Source of the DNA: Octopus vulgaris
Lineage: Eukaryota
NCBI GenBank assembly: GCA_951406725.2
Contig: OX597830.1
Coordinates: 1,736,001-1,800,000 of the forward strand
Direction: 5' to 3'
Length of the DNA: 64,000 nucleotides
In this document: positions 55,135-64,000 of the stretch, in pieces
How the letters are laid out: each line of letters opens with the position of its first letter
Numbering within the stretch: the stretch's first letter is position 1
Made by a program: the position numbers and the translations under genes
Notes under the pieces: generated by a model
Seen by the model: the letters and a program-made list of their open reading frames with translations, nothing else
Told to the model about the DNA's origin: nothing
Databases searched by the model: none

Positions 55135-55303
55135 ATATGTATATATATATAACCGTTTGTTGTCACTAATTATTATTATTATTTTATATAAATATATATA
55201 TATATCAGAAAATAGAGATAATTCAATTAATGATTATATCTATTAATTACAAAACTAGACATATTATTATCCCTTAATGAGGCTTCTTTAACCTCCAATT
55301 GAA

Positions 55304-55343
<40 letters not shown>

Positions 55344-55626
55344 TATATATGATAGACTTTGCCATCAAAGATGATGTATGAGCATCTGACCTTTGCCGAA
55401 TGAGCTGCACAAATGGTTTGTTTCTGTTGATCAAATGTCTGTGCCACATATTAACTCACTCCATACATTGAATCGACATTGTCTGAACAGGTGAGCTGTG
55501 TGCTACATGTCAAAGTGATCGTAGAACAACGGAGCTGAAATATTTTTGTTCAAGAACACAACACACCACTGGTCTAGGGATTGAAACCACGATCACTACA
55601 CCCGAACCACTATATATATATATATA

Positions 55627-55687
<61 letters not shown>

Positions 55688-55722
55688 GTATATGTATATA
55701 TATATGTACAATTGCAGCGTGG

Positions 55723-55896
55723 AAGGTGTTTGTAAGCCATTTAAGAAACACACAAAACCGTTGGATTCACTTCAACATTTAAATTTAATTTGTCAAAATA
55801 TTTTCTGCGCTTTCTGACCGCGGCCTGTTCACTGACAAAGCTTCGTGCTGAGATCCAACGGTTTTGTGTGTTTCTTAAATGGCTTATAAACACCTT
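55723..55896. repeat. Inverted repeat, 44-bp arms (55723-55766 / 55853-55896), next to (TA)n
   Basis: AAGGTGTTTGTAAGCCATTTAAGAAACACACAAAACCGTTGGAT and its reverse complement, 1 mismatch. Confidence 0.95.
55789..55839 (-). ncRNA. Hammerhead-topology RNA with atypical 5' core
   Basis: Minus: TTTGTC-AGTGAACAG-gcCGC..GCGca-GAAAA-TATT-TT-GACAAA: 6-bp stem I and palindromic stem III, but CUGANGA is replaced by GUGAACA. Confidence 0.45.
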
Positions 55897-56238
55897 ATAA
55901 ACATGAACTATTCTTTCAAACAACGAAAGACACAAATGGAAAACAAAACAAACAACATAAAGAACGACCCTTCATCAGTTGTTGGCTGTTTTTTTAGTCT
56001 CGTATTTCGAGCATTTAGCACCAAATAATAAAATATTGTTATAGAAAGTTTGGAAAGTAAATGGAGTAAGAATTTGGCAGTGGGCTGGACAAGGGGGGGA
56101 GCAAAAGGAGTTGGAAATGTTTTAATCTCGGTGACATTGTCACATCACTCTGTAATAGAGGTGTGAAGTAGAATCCATACTTATACTAGCTGGTAGTATG
56201 TAGTGTGTGTATATATAATTATGTACATGCATGCATAC

Positions 56239-56270
<32 letters not shown>

Positions 56271-59200
56271 ATACATGCACACGCACACACACACATATAT
56301 ATAACATATACTGTATTTGTATGAGTGATTCTCAGTGGAGGGTTGATGCTACGTGTGACATTCATCATAACAAATGCACATGCAGCATGTCCACTGATTA
56401 AAATTACCCACCTCACTACTCCAACCGTATACACACATGCACATGCACATCCCTAAACGCATCCAAGTATCAGTCGGAAAAGCCAAGTTTTATAAGTTAT
56501 GGGTTGAATGTTGTGATCAATGTAAATCAGTGAAATAGTGGAAGTGGTAAAGAGAAGCATTTGCTCCTTCAAACAGAACCGTTTTCTGCAAAACTTAGCT
56601 TTATCAAAAGCACCATTATGTATCCATGTACATTGAATATATTCTATGCTATCCTTTTAGAGTACCATCAAGCAGTATCTTGAATCATTTCTCTCTTATT
56701 CTAAGAAAGTAAAATATTTCTGTGCTGGCTTTACAATTCCTTATAACACACAACATAACATTTCTGCATAATCTGCAAATTCTTTAGATTCTTAACGCAT
56801 TTCTCAGGTCCCCCTTAAAATGTAAGAGAAAAGATACCCTCAAGGAAGTAATGTGGTCGAATGAAACTACTAAAATCTAATCCCGCACTTGAAATACAAC
56901 CAACCCAAGCACTCCTCTCTAGAAATGAATATTTTGAGAACTTGCTCCAAAGTCCTTCAGCTAAACAAGCTCTGTCATTATATATATATATATCTATATA
57001 TGTGTGTGTGTATGTGTGTGTGTGTGCATGTGTGTGTGTGTATGTATATGCTCAGCATATACACAGTAAATCAAAAATTTGAACAATAATCAAATGGAAT
57101 CCTTCAGCATGAGAAGCCCCAAAGTGCAGATAATGCTGACTTTGGATATCAGGTCAACAAATAAAGCATTAACTGGCCACTTAGGTCAATGATATCCATT
57201 AGACATGTCTAATTTGATTAATGACAGAGAATAAAATAGAATAACAGAAGATCGCAAAGAGTTCTTAAATCTCGCAACAGAACAGATCCAGGACATAATG
57301 ATTCCTATCTTGAAGTGAAGAAGGGGAAGCAACTCCTCAGATTGCTACAGGATTAACAATCAAGCAAGATTATATTTAGTTTTTTTTTTTTTATTTGTGT
57401 GTGTTATTTTATATTCAAGCTAATAATTGATCCTGATTTTTATTGATCTCTTCAGATTGATATGCTGTAACATTTGTTGACAGATCTGTATCCAATATGG
57501 TGAATATGACCTGAAAATATTAAGGCTCTTATACAGACTCATAAGACTGTAAGTCAGTGTGTGTACATTTCGCATGTGTATGAGTCAGTACATGTTGTCT
57601 ATGTGTGTGTGTGTACACCCACATGCACATGTATGTAAATTGGAAAATAACCAGTAATTTACCTCTGTTGTTCCTCAGAGTTTCCCCCAATCAAAAACAC
57701 AAGACAAATACATGCGACCTTTCAAATGATAATGCACAGGAATGTAAAAAGGTGACACAAGTTATAATTTCCACAGGAAAGTTGTAAGATAAGTCCTGAT
57801 TGATTAATGGTAATCCTATGGTTGGCGTTGGATATGCTGTAGATTATTGTTCCAGTGTTATTGTGAGGTAGAAGACAATAATAACTAAGGTTAAAGATCA
57901 CATGGGAAATATTTATCCAGTGATGATTAGAATCAATTACAGTTAAATTTTTGTGATGATTAGGCATCATAGATATTCCAAGAATTTCTGCCACTCATGA
58001 CAATGAGATTATTCTTCAGATATCAGCTTAAGAAATGTCAAAGGTAGTTTTCAGGATCTGAAATTTTTCAGTTAGACAAATTGCACAGTATTCGTGGCAG
58101 ATAAAATTAAAGGTCCAACCTTATCAAAAATATTCATTACTATTGAAAAGGTATGTCCTTCTCTAGTCCTTGAATAATTTTCAGAGGAAATGTGACAGGG
58201 ACATGGATTTTTTGTTTCTGTTAATTGATCTAAAGATGTAGAAATGTTGACAGAAGTGAATGTTGAAAGCGCTTACAGTTGCTTTGGGTTATTGTGGTTG
58301 CCTTGTATATGATTTCTTTAGAGAGAATTGCATGAGCAGGCAAGCAAACAGATTTCAGCAAGTACTATTATTGATCGATTGACCGATGTAGTACAGATGT
58401 GGAGTTACTTTTGCAACTGTGGTATTATGTATGGGGAAATAATTTGTTCATAAAAGAATAGCTGACCTCAACATTACGTTGAGTCAAAGGGCTTCTGTGA
58501 TTTGAACGTGGCTGGGAAATAATGTGTTATTTGAATGTGGAAATCTCTGGCTATATTCATAATGGCTTTTCAGCTGTGTAATGGATTAAGCCAGATTAAA
58601 GCCTTCCTCCTTGTCCTACTCAGTTGTGTTTTTATCTATATAAACAAAATGGCTTGTTCAACATCCACACACCACGCAACAGAACTTCATCATCATTTAA
58701 TGTCTATATTCCATTCAGGCTATGTTCCATCAGTCAACAAAGTGTGCGATCCTGATAAAAACCTTCCTTAAGTCAGTGACAGCAAAAAAGAGGTGAAATT
58801 TAATATATTCTCTTGGACTTCTTTCATTATGGAACAGGCATCAGTTGTATTCCTTCCTAGCACTAAATTTAACAGCATCCCACCTAAGTTATTTCTTCTC
58901 CTAATTACTTGTGTTAATAATTAGAGTATATTACATGTTAATGTGATTGCTTCTGTAGAATTACCTAACCTGCTAGAAATACCTGAATCTTCTTTAAATC
59001 ACACCTTACCTTCTTAAATAACATCCTCCTCCATCCTTCTAAAAAGGCAGCTACAAAGCCTTTAATTAAAGGTCTCCTTGATCAGAGCTGATTTAGATGA
59101 AAGCACAGCAACAACAACAACAACTTGGTAGATGTAATTGCATTTAATAACCAAGATTCCTTCAGAGTTCATAGATAAATGTTATCAATATTGAATAGAT

Positions 59201-59929
59201 TCAACATTTAATGAAGCAGTAAGGCAAACTGGTGCAGTCCACTGGGCCTACTTCAGCTGGAATTATTTTAATGAAGGGCTTTATTACTCAGACTGGTTTT
59301 TAGAAGAAGCATTGCCGAAAACCCTTTAAAATGATACTGATATTCAAAGTAGATAATATTATTTGAATTTCAGTTTTGTAATAGTGTTACCCCAGGGAAA
59401 TCTTTATACGAAGGTAAATGTGGTTAACATCTGTTGAATGCCAAAAGGGATTCTGGCATTTTGCTGATTCTACCAAGATTCAACTCCAAGCTATGATATC
59501 CATATCATAACATATATGAGGAACTTCTGACATCGTTGCAAAATAAACAGAAATTTTCTGTCATGAATACGAAGATAGTTTCCAAAGTTGATGTTTCTTA
59601 CAATATATATTTACGGGTCCTCAATAACAAAAATCTTCTCTCTTTGGTGTTTATTAGTTTCTGGAGCAATAAATTTCAGAAAATAAACTGAGATGAAGAT
59701 GATAGGAACTGCTGATTAAGATAAATGATTCAAACTGACTGGCATGCATATGACAGTCGATGAATATTGAAATAAATGAAAATCAAGATTATCATGGGAA
59801 AAAGTTATTAAATCTGACATAAGTCAACCAAGGAAGATAGAAATGATTAAGGATTATAATGGCTCAAGAGAAAGAACTTAGATGGGAAATCAGAGAAGAG
59901 AAAATAAGAAAACATAAAATCATATATAG

Positions 59930-59998
59930 ATATGTGTCTGTGTGTGTGCATACGTGTGTATGTGTATGCATGTGTGTTTTTACATATCTAGACATATG

Positions 59999-60039
<41 letters not shown>

Positions 60040-60086
60040 TTCATTCCCCAGATACAACAGAATAAATATATATACATGTATACATT

Positions 60087-60119
<33 letters not shown>

Positions 60120-60162
60120 CTCTGTGTGTGTGTGTGTGTGTGTATGTATATCTATCTATCTA

Positions 60163-60219
<57 letters not shown>

Positions 60220-60336
60220 ATGTATATATATGTGTGTATATGTATATATATATACACACATATATATGTGTATGTGTCTATATGTGTATGTATTTATATA
60301 CACATATATATGCATATATAAATATGTATTTATATT

Positions 60337-60376
<40 letters not shown>

Positions 60377-60468
60377 CACATATACATATATATGTATAAG
60401 GCTACAGGTATATAAATAAATATATAATAATAATGATAATAATAATAAATAAATATATATATATATAT
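59930..60468. repeat. Compound (TA)/(TG)/(AAT) microsatellite field
   Basis: Direct reading. Confidence 0.92.
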
Positions 60469-60726
60469 GAAATTATGTATGATGATAATAAGGTTAGCAC
60501 GATTCATGATATCCTACTTGTTGAAAGTATAGAAACCACATTTAATCGTATGCTTCCAGTATCTCTTGAGCAGCTTAAAAAGAATTTTTTTAAAATCCTG
60601 CATGAATTTAGTAGATAATTTGAAAAAATTTAGCTCAGTGCTGGAGGAGATTGGATAAAAGTTATTAATGAAATATGTATCTTTTTTCTTTTTTATGAAG
60701 AAGAGAAAACAAACACTTCATGCCAA

Positions 60727-60773
60727 GCTGTTCATTGGGGGAGATGAAATATTTACTAGAAACGTTGAATAGC
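60727..60773 (+). ncRNA. Decayed type I hammerhead motif
   Basis: GCTGTTC-a-TTGGGGGA...GAAAC-GTT-GAATAGC: 7-bp stem I and 3' core intact; 5' core and stem II degenerate. Confidence 0.5.
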
Positions 60774-61140
60774 ATTTCTTCACTCTCTGACAAGCATTTC
60801 TACCAAAAGACACTGGAATTCCTCACTCATTCTCATGACAAAATATTTAATTACACATTGTGCACTTTATATTTTACTATTTACCTACACAGACCATTCT
60901 TGATTCTGCTGCTTTTCTTCCATAAAATTCAAATTTGGTTTTGTACCAAAATAGGACACCAGAGACAATGAACCACACAAATTCGTATCTATTTTATTAT
61001 CTTTCATTTGTTTCAGGTGTTAAAGCCTGGGTCTTTATTCTGTTTTCCTCTTTTGCCAAACTACTAAATTTCAGGGATGTAAACACACCAACACCAGTTG
61101 TCAAACAGTGGTGAGAGACAAAGACACAAAGACTCACCAC

Positions 61141-61213
<73 letters not shown>

Positions 61214-61270
61214 ATATATGTGTATATATATATATATATATGTGTGTATATATATATATATATATGTGTA

Positions 61271-61324
<54 letters not shown>

Positions 61325-61325
<1 letters not shown>

Positions 61326-61838
61326 CATCTAATTATAGTAGATAATTTGAAAATTCTGGAGGGAGATACGAATTCACTTGTCTATATAAATGTGGATATG
61401 CTGATTAGCTTCTGTATGCCCCGATGTCGCCTGGTCGGAAATATGGAGGGTAAGATTTCCTAGCATTTCTAGATTTATTTATAGGAATATTATGTTGATG
61501 AAGGAAATGAATCTTTGATTCTAATCCAGAAACGTATGCATCCATAATTGACCGTGGACTGTTTGATTTCATTATTTTTCTTCGTTTTTTTGCCATATAA
61601 TGAGTTACAAATACTGTTGTCGATGGGGACATATTTTTGTAGTAAAAGAAATAACAGTCCTCTGGCTGCTATTTCTAATACTTTCGGTATGTGGTCTAGC
61701 AACACGTTGCATAGACCCTCATTGTTATAATTAGATGTAATTTTACCGGATATGGTCCTTTTCCATACCGAAATACTGCTTGGTGAAATTTGTTGATTTT
61801 ATTAAATTGATTATATTTCAACCTATATCTGTAATGAT
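61325..61838. mobile_element. PLE-like cassette between two (TA)n tracts
   Basis: About 510 bp bounded by (TA)n; contains the HHR at 61489, a second decayed HHR-like fold on minus (about 61675-61730), and a short inverted repeat CATCTAATTATA/TATAATTAGATG. Confidence 0.6.
61489..61548 (+). ncRNA. Type I hammerhead ribozyme motif
   Basis: ATTATG-TTGATGA-A-GGA-aat-GAATC-ttt-GATTC-taa-TCC-A-GAAAC-GTATGC-ATC-CATAAT: perfect 6-bp stem I; stem III looks like a decayed ACGCATGCGT palindrome. Confidence 0.8.
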
Positions 61839-61864
61839 TATATATATATATATATATATATATA

Positions 61865-62550
<686 letters not shown>

Positions 62551-62616
62551 ATTTTATAATATTTTACTATAAATTTGGATTTATTCCCTAATATTTATTA
62601 TATATATATATATATA

Positions 62617-62749
62617 TCATCATCATTTAGCGTCCGCTTTCCATGCTAGCATGGGTTGGACGGTTCAACTGGGGTCTGTGAAGCCAGAAGGCAGCATCAG
62701 GCCCAGTCTGATCTGGCAGTTTTTCTATGGCTGGATGCCCTTCCTAACG
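62617..62749 (-). mobile_element. RTE-type LINE 3' end fragment
   Basis: TCATCATCATTTAGCGTCCGCTTTCCATGCTAGCATGGGTTGGACGG...GCTGGATGCCCTTCCTAACG. Confidence 0.88.
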
Positions 62750-62905
62750 TAAGTAAAAGGGCAGGCAACAAAAGAATTAGAAATGGCAGTCGGAGACTGT
62801 TTATTTCCATTTTCTACAAGTGGGGGCCCCATATACGACATAACCCTGCAATTCACATACGCAAAATAGGAGGAGTAAATAAACGAAAACAATGCCTTAC
62901 CGTTA

Positions 62906-62966
62906 ATGGTGAACATGTTTCTAGATCGTAGGCGAGAAATTGCCTAAAGTCTTTCTTCAGCACCAT
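62906..62966 (-). ncRNA. Type I hammerhead ribozyme motif, intact
   Basis: Minus: ATGGTG-CTGAAGA-A-AGA-ctt-TAGGC-aatttctc-GCCTA-cga-TCT-A-GAAAC-AT-GTT-CACCAT: perfect 6-bp stem I, extended stem II, palindromic ACATGT stem III. Confidence 0.88.
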
Positions 62967-63296
62967 CTTCGTTAGATTTATCAAATGCCACCAGCCTCCA
63001 CTTTTGACCAGGCGTCATCAAATAGTGGGGGGAAGGTGAGCATAGGCTAAAACTAAGTAGACGATTGAATCTGTAAATTTTCCCTCCAAACTTCTGCCAT
63101 GCGCACCACCGGGATAGTCGTAATGGAGTAAGAAATCCAATTAGTAATATAATAATAAGGGTAAATAATTTTTTCGATGGTTTTTCAGACAACCAACAAT
63201 TATTTACCGGTAGATTTCGGTATGTAAATATGACCTTTAGCGTCGGGAACTTCTGTGGAGTTCAGTATATATAGTATATAAGTAAAAGGGCAGGCA

Positions 63297-63354
63297 ACAG
63301 TTCCCGACGCTAAAGGTCATATTTACATACCGAAATCTACCGGTAAACAATTGT
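63297..63354 (+). ncRNA. Hammerhead-like motif with aberrant 5' core (mirror copy in the left arm)
   Basis: ACAGT-tc-CCGACGCTAAA-GGT...ACC-GAAAT-CTACCGGTAA-A(C/T)A-ATTGT; palindromic TACCGGTA stem III. Confidence 0.45.
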
Positions 63355-63391
63355 TGGTTGTCTGAAAAACCATCGAAAAAATTATTTACCC

Positions 63392-63437
<46 letters not shown>

Positions 63438-63467
63438 AGGAGATGTGGAACACGAGTTGTGATATAT

Positions 63468-63703
63468 AAAAGGAAATGAAGAAAATGCTGACAAAATAAT
63501 TTAAGTAATTTAAGTAATTTAACTAGGTGAAAGTTCTTTTTACCGGTTGCGCATTTGTTATGCTTATAAAAAGTTTTTTCCTCTTATCTGATAAGAGGAA
63601 AAACCTTTTGATAAGCATAACAAATGCGCAACCGGTAAAAAGAACTTCCACCTAATTAAATTACTTAAATTACTTAAATTATTTCGTCAGCATATTCTTC
63701 ATT

Positions 63704-63710
<7 letters not shown>
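63468..63710. repeat. 243-bp near-perfect palindrome centred on 63589 (121-bp arms, 1-nt loop), flanked by microsatellites
   Basis: ...TTCCTCTTATC-T-GATAAGAGGAA...; a handful of mismatches. Confidence 0.97.
63604..63642 (+). ncRNA. Decayed minimal hammerhead motif in the palindrome arm
   Basis: cctt-TTGATAA-GC-ataacaaat-GC-GCAAC-CG-GTA-aaaag, compared with canonical CTGATGA-GC..GC-GAAAC-CG-GTH. Confidence 0.5.
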
Positions 63711-63771
<61 letters not shown>

Positions 63772-64000
63772 CAATATAAGGGTAGCAAAAAATTTCAAGA
63801 AAAATTCAAGAAAAGTTTTCTGCAACCAGCGGTCAAGTGAGAAAGTAGAAATAGTCACAGACTATATAATATATTCGACAATAGTATTAAGGAATGACCC
63901 TGACAGGCCGTTCAACTCACTTGAAAGAGCAGCTAAACTCAAACCGCAAAATAGTAGTAATTCTGAAACTAAAGGAGAAATAAAAACATTTATCCCCTAT

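Larger units (their letters stand above)
62750..63400. mobile_element. PLE pLTR-like element with a 21-bp direct repeat and a terminal 102-bp inverted repeat
   Basis: TAAGTAAAAGGGCAGGCAACA at 62750-62770 and 63279-63299; inverted arms 63150-63251 / 63299-63400; carries HHR motifs; ends in (TTA)n(TA)n. Confidence 0.75.

Overview
AT-rich, microsatellite-dense animal DNA with no convincing intact protein-coding gene. Almost all ORFs in the track are translations of (TA)n/(TG)n/(AAT)n tracts. The SINE families look, from memory and not from a search, like those of octopus, so this is probably intronic or intergenic coleoid cephalopod DNA. Content: at least 4 tRNA-derived SINE families (several with target-site duplications), 5'-truncated RTE LINE 3' ends, two mariner transposase relics and a possible non-autonomous Helitron. 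The main signal is about 14 sequence-unrelated type I hammerhead ribozyme (HHR) motifs, intact or with variant cores, usually with a palindromic mini stem III. They sit in short cassettes next to (TA)n tracts, often inside long inverted repeats. This is the signature of Penelope-like retroelement (PLE) terminal repeats or retrozyme-like elements. They pile up in nested clusters (about 16-17.7, 39.6-42, 45.6-47.2, 49.9-50.2, 54.7-56 and 60.5-63.7 kb), some apparently inside the internal microsatellite of one SINE family. All folds were worked out by eye.
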